DNA of 64,000 nt. Origin: Gammaproteobacteria bacterium. GTDB taxonomy: Bacteria; Pseudomonadota; Gammaproteobacteria; Steroidobacterales; Foliamicaceae. Position numbers and translations under genes: made by a program. This document shows, in pieces, positions 55,012 to 64,000 of this stretch. The stretch spans positions 5,092 through 69,091 of the forward strand of contig VYBN01000018.1 in assembly GCA_009844425.1 (NCBI GenBank), written 5' to 3'. The notes beneath the pieces were generated by a model, which worked only from the letters and a program-made list of their open reading frames with translations, ran no database searches and was not told where the DNA came from. How positions within the stretch are numbered: the first letter of the stretch is position 1; every line of letters begins with the position of its first letter.

Positions 55012-55465
55012 GTGGGGATTTCAGCAGCGCCAAGAATACCACGACGCACAACCTTGATTTCACATAACGCAGTCAGCACTGTCAGACCAAGTGCTGCCCC
55101 CTGCTCTGCCGCCGAGTAACACCGTATGTTATGCGCGGGCCATCCAAAAGGCTGCGAGCCTGATCCAGCCTTCAAGCGCCATCATGGTAATGGTCATTTA
55201 CCGCGAGTAGGCGCAGGCTGAATTGGTTCACCATACGGTTACGATGCGCCAAAAACGCTGACCCAGCAGGATATTCGTGCGTGAGGCCTTTCCCGTGCAC
55301 TACTCACAATTACGGATGGTTCACGGCGTAACAAGAAGTTGCATAAACCTGTGTTTGCAACTAATCTTCGGTAACACGAATCCTGCAGATGTTCAGCGGC
55401 ATGTGCCAAGGGGACGAACATTCAGGGTTTTGGGAAGCTACCGGATCGTGACTGGGAGGAACGAT

Positions 55466-58036
55466 ATGCACCGACTTAATCAGACATTTTCGATTGCCGT
55501 GGCCGTGGCCGTGGGCGCCGTTGCGTGGGGCGCGGCTCCGCAGGCCGGTGCGCAGGAGGCTTCCGCGCTGGAAGAGATCGTCGTCACGGCGCGGAAACGT
55601 GAAGAAGCGCTGGCGGACATTCCTATAGCGATAACCGCGTTCTCGGCGGAGCAATTGATTCGCGGCGGGTTCACTACCCTGCAGGACCTTTCGTTCCAGA
55701 CCGCCGGAATGCATTTCCACAAGCAGGGCGGTCAGATTCCGGGCCGCTTCAGCAGCAGGGTGCGTTTTCGCGGAATGAACAGCAACGCCAACCCTCCTTC
55801 ACAGCAGGTGGGCACGGTGTTTCTGGATGGCGTTTACATATCCGATGGCGTTACGAGCATCGATTTTTCCAATATCGAGCGCGTCGAAATCATCAAGGGG
55901 CCCCAGTCGGCCACATTTGGCCGGTCCACCTTCGCCGGGGCGGTCAACTACGTAACTCGGACGCCCGGCTTCGAGTACCAGGGCCGCGTAATCGCCGATG
56001 TCGCCGAGTGGGGGGGGCGCGATGTGAGCATCTCGCATGAAGGGCCGCTTGTGGACGACAAGCTGGCCTACCGTGTCTCGGCACGTCTCTACGGGACCGA
56101 CGGCCAGTACGCTTCCAATGCCGACGGCGGCGCCCTGGGCGAGGAGAGCACGCAAACGATACAGGCGGTGCTCAACTGGACGCCCACCGAGAATTTCTCG
56201 GCCAAGTTCCGTTACCTGTGGTCGCACGACGACGACGGCCCGGCCGCCGGAATGTTGCTGGGAACAGCCTTCTCGGCCCGCGGGAACACGGCGGGCGTGC
56301 CAGCAAATGCGGGGCCGAATTGCTACAGCGACGGCATTACCGCAGGGGGCCAAGGCTCCGATACGCCGTCCGACTACTTCTGCGGGGCGCTACCGAAAGT
56401 CGACGTGGATTCCTTCATCGCGCCGAACACGTCCGTCAGTCCTGCCGATCAGGCCGCCTTCCGCAGCCCGATCGTCTGCGATCCGCGCGACGGCATCTGC
56501 CGGCCCAAGCTGCCCGGCGCGCCGCTCAGGGATACGTCCGGTTTGACCCGCTACCAGCAAAGGGCCGCGCTGCTGCTCAGCTATGACTTCGACAGCGGCA
56601 TGCTGGACGGCCATGGCCTGGATTCCGTGATCGGATGGAGCACGATGCGCGCCGGCTGGGTGCGTGATTTCGACCTCACCGCCGCACAAAATTTCATCTC
56701 GCAGGATCCCGTGGTCGCCGATGACCTGACGATTGAACTGAACCTGACTTCGCCGCAAGACCGCAAGCTGCGGTATACATTCGGGGTGAATTACTTTACG
56801 GCCGACAACGTCAATCACGGCAGCGGTGGAATGAATATCTGGGGTTCCGACGGTGGAGTAACTCAGCGGGTGGTGGCGGCGCCCGACGGAACACTTCTGC
56901 CCGAACCGGTAACGATCGGGGGTCCGCACTACTTCATGAACACCATTCCGCCCACCGAGAGCAACGATACCACCGGCGTATTCGGGTCCTTTGCATACGA
57001 CTTCAGCGATGACCTGACGCTGGACGTGGAGTGGCGCTACCAGAACGACGAAATCTCGCTGTCAGCCCCAAGTAACGAGGGCGTGACGAATCCAAGCGGA
57101 TTGATGGTGGCCGCGTCCTACGACGAGGAGTCATTCAGCAGTTTCCTGCCGCGGATCACGCTTTCCTACGATGTTGGCGAGCGTGGAACCAGTTGGGTGA
57201 CATATTCCGAAGGCACGCTGCCCGGTATCTTCAACACGGACTTTGGCGGACTGGACGAAGCGACCAGAGATCAGGTGAGGGCTGTTATCCCGGGCATTTC
57301 TTTGTTTAACGAGGAAGAAAACCTTGAGAACATGGAAGTGGGCTTCAAGCAGGAGTTCGACAACTTCTACTTCTCGGCGGTTTTCTACATGTTGGACTGG
57401 ACGAATCTCAAGACCCGCCAGGGTGTTACCGTGGTAAACGCATTGACAGGCGTGCAGCGCGTGCTCAATCTCCAGCTCAACGCCGGCGACGCGGAGCTGG
57501 AGGGGCTGGAGCTGGAAGGCGGCTTCTCGCTGGGTGAAAACTTCTCCGGCACTTTCATGCTGAATTACGCCGATGGCGAGTACGGCACGCTTACCTGCGG
57601 CTTCTCGCCGTTCAAGCCGCCCATCACACCCGGCAACACGTTCGGTCCCCGCGACTGCTCCGGCAGCCGCCCGGCGCGTTATCCGGAATGGCAGGGCGCC
57701 TTCTCGGGCATCTGGACCGACAGCCTTGCGAGCGGCAACTGGGACTACTACGTTCGCCTGGACGGCGAGTACTTCGGCGAAGCCTACAACGAGGAAGCCA
57801 ACTTCTCCACCATGGGCGATTTCTGGCGGTTCAACTTGCGTGGCGGATTTGAGAGGGACGATCTTCGCATCGAGGGATACGTCAAGAATCTGCTCGACGA
57901 CGATAATTACCTTGCCGGCGCCCGCTGGTCCGATTTCTCCGGAACCTTCCTGTTCGCGTTCCTGTATAGCCAGGGCGTGGCGGTCACCCCCGCCGAGAAG
58001 CGCACCATCGGCCTGAGGTTCGTCTACGACTTCTAG
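55466..58036 (+). CDS. TonB-dependent outer-membrane receptor
   Basis: GGGAGGA RBS and ATG at 55466. Signal peptide, plug region (EEIVVTARKREEALADIPIAITAF) and a C-terminal ...RFVYDF. Confidence 0.9.
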   Translation: MHRLNQTFSIAVAVAVGAVAWGAAPQAGAQEASALEEIVVTARKREEALADIPIAITAFSAEQLIRGGFTTLQDLSFQTAGMHFHKQGGQIPGRFSSRVRFRGMNSNANPPSQQVGTVFLDGVYISDGVTSIDFSNIERVEIIKGPQSATFGRSTFAGAVNYVTRTPGFEYQGRVIADVAEWGGRDVSISHEGPLVDDKLAYRVSARLYGTDGQYASNADGGALGEESTQTIQAVLNWTPTENFSAKFRYLWSHDDDGPAAGMLLGTAFSARGNTAGVPANAGPNCYSDGITAGGQGSDTPSDYFCGALPKVDVDSFIAPNTSVSPADQAAFRSPIVCDPRDGICRPKLPGAPLRDTSGLTRYQQRAALLLSYDFDSGMLDGHGLDSVIGWSTMRAGWVRDFDLTAAQNFISQDPVVADDLTIELNLTSPQDRKLRYTFGVNYFTADNVNHGSGGMNIWGSDGGVTQRVVAAPDGTLLPEPVTIGGPHYFMNTIPPTESNDTTGVFGSFAYDFSDDLTLDVEWRYQNDEISLSAPSNEGVTNPSGLMVAASYDEESFSSFLPRITLSYDVGERGTSWVTYSEGTLPGIFNTDFGGLDEATRDQVRAVIPGISLFNEEENLENMEVGFKQEFDNFYFSAVFYMLDWTNLKTRQGVTVVNALTGVQRVLNLQLNAGDAELEGLELEGGFSLGENFSGTFMLNYADGEYGTLTCGFSPFKPPITPGNTFGPRDCSGSRPARYPEWQGAFSGIWTDSLASGNWDYYVRLDGEYFGEAYNEEANFSTMGDFWRFNLRGGFERDDLRIEGYVKNLLDDDNYLAGARWSDFSGTFLFAFLYSQGVAVTPAEKRTIGLRFVYDF

Positions 58037-58045
58037 CATCATTCG

Positions 58046-58085
58046 AAAAAGCGCCGGCCGATCCACCGGCCGGCGCTTTTCTTTC
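58046..58085 (+). terminator. rho-independent terminator
   Basis: GCGCCGGCCG (58051-60) pairs with CGGCCGGCGC (58067-76), followed by TTTTCTTTC. An A-run lies upstream, so it may work in both directions. Confidence 0.7.
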
Positions 58086-58148
58086 GTGAAGATCGAAAAA
58101 TGCCGACCGGCGCTTGCCAGAGAGGTATTTCCCCGGGGATAGCCAGCG

Positions 58149-58976
58149 ATGTCGAACTATCAGCGCGGGTACGTTAACTGCCGTTTCGGGCAGATTCACT
58201 ACCACCGGGCCTGGCCGGCAATCCAGAGCGGCAGGATGCCGCTGGCGTTCTTTCACCAGAATCACAAGTCGGCGTTCGAGTACGACATGCTGCTCAGGGA
58301 AATGGGCCGCGACCGCGAGTCGCTGGCCTTCGATACGCCGGGCTACGGCTATTCCGACGGCCCTCCCGACGTGCCGACCATGGCGGACTTCGCCGGCGCG
58401 ATGGCCGACGCGCTGGACGGCCTTGGCTTTGGCGCCGGCGGCAAGGGCGCGGTCGACGTGTTCGGCCTGCACACGGGGGTATTGATCGCGACCGAACTGG
58501 CGTTGACGCGTCCGGACCTGGTGCGCCGCATCGTGATGAGCGGCGTTCCGTACCGGTCGCCGGAAACGCGCAGGGAAATTCTCGAGTCGCTGCCCCGCGA
58601 CCAGAAGCTGACCGAGGACGGCGACTGGATCAAGGACCGCTGGCAGGTGCTCGTGGCCGACCGGTCGAAGGAAGTGCCGCTGGAACGTGCGGCGCGGGTC
58701 TTCGCGGAGGCGATCCGCCCGCTGGACAAGCATTGGTATGCCTACGACGCCGTCTGGAATTATCCGCTGGCAGAGCGACTGCCGCAGCTCGTTCACCCGG
58801 TCGCGATCCTGCAGACGCATGAGCTTCTGCTCGAAGACACCCGGCGGGCGCATGCCGAGCTGCTGCCGCAGGCGCATTACGTCGAGATTCCGGAAGTCCA
58901 GGTGAACATTCTCGAGCTGGCCTGGAAGCAGTTCGCGCGCGAAATGCGGTTGTGGCTGGATCAGCCGGCGCCCTGA
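58149..58976 (+). CDS. alpha/beta-hydrolase fold protein
   Basis: 275 aa with a typical fold pattern. The nucleophile elbow reads GLHTG, which is atypical. Confidence 0.6.
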   Translation: MSNYQRGYVNCRFGQIHYHRAWPAIQSGRMPLAFFHQNHKSAFEYDMLLREMGRDRESLAFDTPGYGYSDGPPDVPTMADFAGAMADALDGLGFGAGGKGAVDVFGLHTGVLIATELALTRPDLVRRIVMSGVPYRSPETRREILESLPRDQKLTEDGDWIKDRWQVLVADRSKEVPLERAARVFAEAIRPLDKHWYAYDAVWNYPLAERLPQLVHPVAILQTHELLLEDTRRAHAELLPQAHYVEIPEVQVNILELAWKQFAREMRLWLDQPAP

Positions 58977-59013
58977 TCACCGTAACGCGCACCCGCGATC
59001 CCCGCTACCTGCC

Positions 59014-60000
59014 ATGCACGGTTTCCTGGTCGAGCAATTCGGCGGCACGGAGGTCATGCAGTGGCGCGAACTGGATCCCCTGGAGCCTGGTCCGCGCCAG
59101 GTGCTCGTTGAGGTCAAGGCATCCGGAGTCAACTTCGCCGAGACACGCATGCGTGCCGGCACGTACTCGGGGCAGGAGCTGCCGTTCGTGATGGGCATGG
59201 AGTGCGCCGGGGTGGTGGCCGAATGCGGTGACGAAGTCGGCGAGTTCAAGCCCGGCGATCGCGTTTTCGGGCGGGCCCGCGGTTCGCATGCCGAAGCGGT
59301 CGTGTTCGACGCCGATCACCTGATGCCGCTCCCCGACGCGGTTTCGTTCATCGAGGGGGCCGCGATCCCGGTGAGCTGGCTGACCGCCTGGCATGCGCTG
59401 GATGCGGTGGCGGGATTCAGGCAAGGCCAACGCATTCTGATCGAGGCGATCGCCTCGGGCGTTGGAAGCGCGGCGTTGCAGATCGCGAAGTGGCGCGATT
59501 GCTGGGTGGCCGGAACCGCCAGCCGCGACCCGAAGCTGGAAATCGCCCGCGAGTGGGGCTGCGACGCCGTCTACAACTACAAGCGGGACGACGTGCCGGC
59601 GCTGGTGCAACGCGACACGGACCGGCAGGGAATCGACATCGGGCTCATGACCATAGGCGAGGAAACCGCCGAATCGCTGATCGCTTGCATGGGCATGGAC
59701 GGGAAGATCGTGATGTACGGAAGCACCGGCGGGCGCCAGGTGTGCTTCAATCTGAATATCGGCGTTCGCAACCTGTCGCTTATGAGCATGAGCATCTCGA
59801 CCAGTGAGCGCTTCATGACCTACACCATGCACCGTTTCCGCGAGGTGGCCCTGCCCCTGTTCGCCGACGGCGCCTTCAAGGCGCCCGTCGGCACCGTCCT
59901 TCCGCTATCGGAGGTCGTTAGAGCGCATCAACTGGTGGACGAGCGCAACCACTTCGGCAAGATCATCCTCACCGCCGGGTCGATGCCGACTGTAAGCTAA
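59014..60000 (+). CDS. NADPH:quinone oxidoreductase / MDR zinc-type dehydrogenase family
   Basis: QOR-like N-terminus (EVKASGVNFAETRMRAGTY) and Rossmann region. Confidence 0.8.
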   Translation: MHGFLVEQFGGTEVMQWRELDPLEPGPRQVLVEVKASGVNFAETRMRAGTYSGQELPFVMGMECAGVVAECGDEVGEFKPGDRVFGRARGSHAEAVVFDADHLMPLPDAVSFIEGAAIPVSWLTAWHALDAVAGFRQGQRILIEAIASGVGSAALQIAKWRDCWVAGTASRDPKLEIAREWGCDAVYNYKRDDVPALVQRDTDRQGIDIGLMTIGEETAESLIACMGMDGKIVMYGSTGGRQVCFNLNIGVRNLSLMSMSISTSERFMTYTMHRFREVALPLFADGAFKAPVGTVLPLSEVVRAHQLVDERNHFGKIILTAGSMPTVS

Positions 60001-60206
60001 GGCCCGCCGAATTCCTCGGAAGCGGAACTCTGCAACATCAGAGCTTCCATCCCCGCCATCCGCTCGCGTAGCGCGGTGACATCGCCGCGAAGAGCGCCAA
60101 TGTCGGCGCGCACCTCAGAACGCAGGTTCCGAATGTCCGTGACCAACCATCCGAAAAGACCAATCATTAGCGCTCCCAGCGCAAGAGTCGATTGCCAGTG
60201 TTCCAT
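59997..60206 (-). CDS. small TM plus coiled-coil hypothetical protein
   Basis: 69-aa ORF with one hydrophobic segment. Support is weak. Confidence 0.3.
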   Translation of the reverse strand: MEHWQSTLALGALMIGLFGWLVTDIRNLRSEVRADIGALRGDVTALRERMAGMEALMLQSSASEEFGGP

Positions 60207-60305
60207 ATTTCGCTTCCTTCCCTTGTTGCGTAGTGCCGGGGAGACCGGCTTGACCGGATTCTAACTCATTCAGTGCTTTGCTTTTAGACCCCAGGAAGGA
60301 TGGCG

Positions 60306-61451
60306 TCAGGGCCATAGCCTTTGGCTGGCGATTGCCGCGCCTTCGGCCATGGCGGCCAGCTTGGCGTAGGTGATGTCCGGATCGACGGCGCCGAATCCGG
60401 CGAAGGTCGAGAACCCGCAGTCCGTCCCGGCGATCACTCGCTCGCGTCCGACGATGTCGGCGAAGCGGCAGATGCGTTCGGCCACCAGCCGCGGATGCTC
60501 GACGAAGTTGGTCGTGGAATCGAGGACTCCCGGAACCAGGATCTTGTCGTCCGGCAGTTGCGCCCTGGCAAAAACGGTCCACTCGTGCGCGTGACGGGGA
60601 TTGGAGGATTCGAACAGCAGCGCCTGGGGCCTGGCCTTCAGCGCGATGGGCAGGACCATCTCCATTGGCGCGTCGTGGATATGGGGGCCTTCGTAGTTCC
60701 CCCAGCAGACATGCAGACGCACCCGGTCCGCTGGGACGTTGCGCAAGGCGTGGTTCAGCGCCTCGACGTGCAGCTCCGCCTGACGCCGGTACTCGTCGTC
60801 CGGCTGTCCCTTGAACATCATGTGCCTGCCCAGCCCCAGGTCCGGCGAATCCAGTTGCAGCAGGAACCCGGCCGCGACGATGGCCTCGTACTCCGGGCGC
60901 ATGGCATCCGCCAGCGCGTAGAGGTAGGACTCATGGTCCGGGTAGTGCTGGTTCGGCTGAAACAGCGCGATAACCCCGGGCGATGCCGAGTTCATGAAGG
61001 CTTCCGTGGGTTTGTGCCGATCCACCGCCGCGCGAAAGTTCGCCAGGTCTTCTTCCAGAGGCGCCGTGTCCTTCACCCGGATTTCCCCGACGCACTGGGG
61101 CCTGCGATAGGTGGGCGTTCCGCCGCTGGCGGTCTGGCGCTGCAGAAAACCCGGATACTCCTCGAGATCGGCCGGCGCCCGCCGCGGGCTGTCGCCCTCG
61201 AATCCCGTGATGCGGTCCTTGATGTAGGTGGCGTAGCTGATCTTGCTCATTTCGCCGTCGCTGACCACGTCCACGCCGGCCTCGCACTGTTTCGCCACGA
61301 CCGCGTCCACGGCGTCGGCCAGCAGGGCATGCCGCGCTCCCGGTTCCATCCGCTCGCCCTTCTCCTCGGCGAACACCATGTCCGTCACGGCTTCCGAACG
61401 GGGCAGGCTGCCGACGTGGGTGGTGAGTATCCGTTCGGTGGAATGCAGCAT
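60306..61451 (-). CDS. cobalamin-independent methionine synthase II (MetE C-terminal-like) family protein
   Basis: Internal ATG at 61451 (MLHSTERILTTHVGSLPRS...). The upstream track extension was rejected. Confidence 0.65.
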   Translation of the reverse strand: MLHSTERILTTHVGSLPRSEAVTDMVFAEEKGERMEPGARHALLADAVDAVVAKQCEAGVDVVSDGEMSKISYATYIKDRITGFEGDSPRRAPADLEEYPGFLQRQTASGGTPTYRRPQCVGEIRVKDTAPLEEDLANFRAAVDRHKPTEAFMNSASPGVIALFQPNQHYPDHESYLYALADAMRPEYEAIVAAGFLLQLDSPDLGLGRHMMFKGQPDDEYRRQAELHVEALNHALRNVPADRVRLHVCWGNYEGPHIHDAPMEMVLPIALKARPQALLFESSNPRHAHEWTVFARAQLPDDKILVPGVLDSTTNFVEHPRLVAERICRFADIVGRERVIAGTDCGFSTFAGFGAVDPDITYAKLAAMAEGAAIASQRLWP

Positions 61452-61473
61452 GATGAGGTCCCGTATTCGTGAT

Positions 61474-62748
61474 TCAGCCGGCGTAGCGGCGCAGCCGGAT
61501 GTCGGCCTGTTCCTTGTGCCCGGCAAAGCCTTCCAGCGCGCAGAGCCGCGAGCAGTACTCGCCGATCTCCACCGAAGCTTCTTCGGTGATGCGCTGGTAG
61601 GTGCAGGTCTTGATGAACTTGCCCACCCACAGGCCGCCGGTATAACGCGATGCCTGACGGGTCGGCAGCGTGTGGTTAGTGCCGATGACCTTGTCGCCGT
61701 ACGACACATTGGTTTCCGGACCCAGGAACAGGGCCCCGTAGTTGCGCATGTTGTCCAGGAAATACTGCGGATCGCGGGTCATGACCTGGACGTGTTCGGA
61801 GCCGATTTCGTCGGCCTTCTCCAGCATTTCCGCGTAGTCGTCGCAGACGATTATCTGGCCGCAGTCACGCCACGCCTGCCCGGCAATCGCCGCCGTGGGC
61901 AGAACGGTAAGCTGGCGCTCCACCTCGGCCATCGTGGCCTGCGCCAGGTCCTCGGAATTCGTCAGCAGGATTGCGGGCGAATCGGGGCCGTGCTCGGCCT
62001 GGCCGAGCAGGTCCGCCGCGCACAGTTCGCCGTCCACCGAATCGTCGGCGATCACCAGCGTTTCCGTGGGACCGGCCAGCAGGTCGATGCCCACCCGCCC
62101 GAAAAGCTGCCGCTTGGCTTCGGCCACAAAGGCGTTGCCGGGCCCGACGATCATGTCCACGGACGAAATCGTGCCGGTCCCCAAGGCCATCGCGCCGATC
62201 GCCTGGACCCCGCCCAGGCAGTAGATTTCGTCGGCGCCGGCCAGGTCCAGCGCCGTCACGACTGCCGGATTCGGCGCGCCCTCGAACGGCGGGGAAGCGG
62301 CGATCACGCGCTCCACTCCGGCCACCCTGGCCGTAACCACGCTCATGTGCGCGGAGGCCACCAACGGATACTTGCCGCCGGGCACGTAGCAGCCGACGCT
62401 GCTGACAGGGATGTTGCGGTGCCCGAGCACCACGCCGGGACGGGTTTCGACTTCCACGTCGTTCAGCGCTTCAAGCTGGATTCGTGCGAAGTTGCGAATC
62501 TGTTCCTGGGCGAAGCGGATGTCGGCGATGTCCCGCGGGTCCAGTCGCTTGCAGCAATCGTCGATCTGTTCGCGGCTCAGCCGAAACGATTCCGGCGACC
62601 AGCCGTCGAACTGCTGCGAGTACCGGCGAACGGCCTCGTCGCCGTTCTCCGTGATGTCGCCCAATATGCCCTCGACCGCCGACTGGATGCGCGCATCGCG
62701 CTCATTCTGCCGGTCGGCGGCCATGCCTTTCTTCAGGTATCGAATCAT
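61474..62748 (-). CDS. hisD: histidinol dehydrogenase family protein
   Basis: HisD-like throughout ([23 protein letters not shown]). Its context suggests a catabolic paralog rather than the his operon. Confidence 0.75.
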   Translation of the reverse strand: MIRYLKKGMAADRQNERDARIQSAVEGILGDITENGDEAVRRYSQQFDGWSPESFRLSREQIDDCCKRLDPRDIADIRFAQEQIRNFARIQLEALNDVEVETRPGVVLGHRNIPVSSVGCYVPGGKYPLVASAHMSVVTARVAGVERVIAASPPFEGAPNPAVVTALDLAGADEIYCLGGVQAIGAMALGTGTISSVDMIVGPGNAFVAEAKRQLFGRVGIDLLAGPTETLVIADDSVDGELCAADLLGQAEHGPDSPAILLTNSEDLAQATMAEVERQLTVLPTAAIAGQAWRDCGQIIVCDDYAEMLEKADEIGSEHVQVMTRDPQYFLDNMRNYGALFLGPETNVSYGDKVIGTNHTLPTRQASRYTGGLWVGKFIKTCTYQRITEEASVEIGEYCSRLCALEGFAGHKEQADIRLRRYAG

Positions 62749-62749
62749 G

Positions 62750-63961
62750 TCATCGCTCTCTAGTCTGCGCGGTCCCGAGGCCGGGCGAATCGGACGAGGA
62801 CCCCTCTTCGCTTTGGGAAGATTCCTCTGAGGGGGCGCCGAGGAGTTGCATCATCACGTCGAGCTCGTTGAAGAGCATCCATTCCTCGGTGATTAGCCCG
62901 TCCTCGATGCGATGCTGGGTAATGCCGCGTATCCGCGCCTCGCGTCCCGTGGGCGGACCGAACACGCCGTTGCCGCGGTGCGCGCCGTACGCGTTCCAGC
63001 GGGTGGACACCAGGTAGCCCTCGTCGGGATTGCCCATCCAGTAGACCTCGTCCACGTCCAGCGCCAGGTCAGGGAACTGCGCGAGCAGCGACAGCACGAA
63101 AGCCTGGTAAGGGCCGAGTCCGCTGAAGGCGCGATCGGTGGGGCCGTTGAATACCAGGTTGTCGGCGTAGCGGCCCTGCAGCGTACCGAGCATCCGGCGG
63201 TTCCAGACGCACTGGTAAAGGCTCCTGATGAAGTCCTCCACGTCCAGCTCTCCCGAGGCTTCGGGAACCGCGGGCCAGGCGGGCTTGGCCTGGCCGCGCT
63301 GGCGGGCCGGTTCGCCGGCGGTGTAGTCGTCGGGCAGCGCGGCGCCTCCCGACTCGGCCATCTGCCGCGCCACGCCGGCGAGATCCAGCCCCATCTGGCG
63401 AAGCATCGCCGAGGTGTTGTAGAGCACGTGCTCCAGGAATATCTCGTTCTCGCGCGATACGCAGTTGGCGATGCACCAGAGCGATGCCCGCTTTCCTGTC
63501 GGCGGGCCGTAGCGGCTGTAGCCGGTGTTGTCGCCCTGAATGATCGTCCGGTGTGAAGTGTAGAACCCCACGTCCTCGTCGCCGGCCCAGATGATCTCGT
63601 CCGCCACCAGGCGGATGTTGGGGAAAGCGTTGATCGTGTGGGTGGTGTCGGCAACGATCTTGTCGCGCCCGTACTGCAGTCCGTAGTCGTCGTACACGCG
63701 GCTGTTGTGCGCGTAGGTGTCGTAGATGTAGCCGATGTCCTTCTCTTCCCAGATCCGGTGCGTGATTCGGACGATGTAGTCGATGATGTTGCGGTACTGG
63801 CCCTCGAAACCGCGCATGGACTGGGCCGGCATGTCGTCGCGGCCTTCGGCGAGAAACCGGTCGGTGCCGCCCCGCGTGTACTGCGCCAGCGAAATGGAAT
63901 AGTCGGCCGGCATGTGCGCCCGGGTAAGTTGCGGCAGGCCGCTTTCCACATCTTTGGTCAT
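62750..63961 (-). CDS. tandem SnoaL-like/ester-cyclase (NTF2-fold) protein
   Basis: A paralog of the 43965-45008 product. Confidence 0.55.
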   Translation of the reverse strand: MTKDVESGLPQLTRAHMPADYSISLAQYTRGGTDRFLAEGRDDMPAQSMRGFEGQYRNIIDYIVRITHRIWEEKDIGYIYDTYAHNSRVYDDYGLQYGRDKIVADTTHTINAFPNIRLVADEIIWAGDEDVGFYTSHRTIIQGDNTGYSRYGPPTGKRASLWCIANCVSRENEIFLEHVLYNTSAMLRQMGLDLAGVARQMAESGGAALPDDYTAGEPARQRGQAKPAWPAVPEASGELDVEDFIRSLYQCVWNRRMLGTLQGRYADNLVFNGPTDRAFSGLGPYQAFVLSLLAQFPDLALDVDEVYWMGNPDEGYLVSTRWNAYGAHRGNGVFGPPTGREARIRGITQHRIEDGLITEEWMLFNELDVMMQLLGAPSEESSQSEEGSSSDSPGLGTAQTRER

Positions 63962-64000
63962 ACTTTCGCCCTCCCTTTACGGTGTCGCCCGATCATTTCC

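Noticed and set aside
55012-55465. A riboswitch (e.g. cobalamin or TPP) in the 450-bp leader of the TonB-dependent receptor
   Set aside because: I could not find a B12 box, a TPP CUGAGA core or another recognisable conserved riboswitch core by eye. A covariance-model scan would be needed to exclude it.

Overview
This is a 64-kb, GC-rich (by eye above 60%), densely coding window that looks like proteobacterial chromosome. (1) 970-16090 holds a complete type I-E CRISPR-Cas locus: cas3, casA/cse1, casB/cse2, cas7, cas5, cas6e, an extra AlbA_2/HATPase_c_4 gene, cas1, cas2, an AT-richer leader, and an array with the 29-nt repeat GAGTTCCCCGCCCGCGCGGGGATGAACCG. The three array blocks (18 + 18 + 2 repeats, plus a degenerate terminal repeat) read as one array. 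In it, two spacer positions are occupied by kilobase-sized foreign inserts. Insert 12054-13379 carries four small ORFs separated by three complete type II hammerhead ribozymes, plus a 5'-truncated fourth copy abutting the CRISPR repeat. Insert 14446-15936 is a fragment of a siphovirus-like tail module, truncated at both ends by repeats. This is the most unusual content of the window. (2) 16.1-32.5 kb holds catabolic and housekeeping genes: FAD monooxygenase, Rieske oxygenase, MFS transporter, aldehyde dehydrogenase, three tandem secreted FGE-sulfatase-domain paralogs, lnt, amine oxidase, cytochrome c, and corC-ybeY-phoH-miaB. REP-like and MITE-like palindromes are scattered through it, and a perfect 35-bp inverted repeat includes the phoH start codon. 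(3) 32.5-41.3 kb has ssb and uvrA split by a roughly 5.4-kb islet: an RHH gene coupled to an MmeI-like type IIL restriction-modification enzyme, a frameshifted higB with higA, and an AAA_14/DUF4143 ATPase. (4) 41.3-49.4 kb is rich in toxin-antitoxin genes. It includes vapBC with a third overlapping gene, and a relBE / GHKL-ATPase / vapBC string bracketed by two diverged direct copies of a phd-vapC module. (5) 49.4-64 kb holds a 1648-aa secreted metzincin/TSP3/LRR protein with a coupled partner gene, a TonB-dependent receptor, and metabolic genes. No rRNA, tRNA, transposase or integrase gene was recognised.
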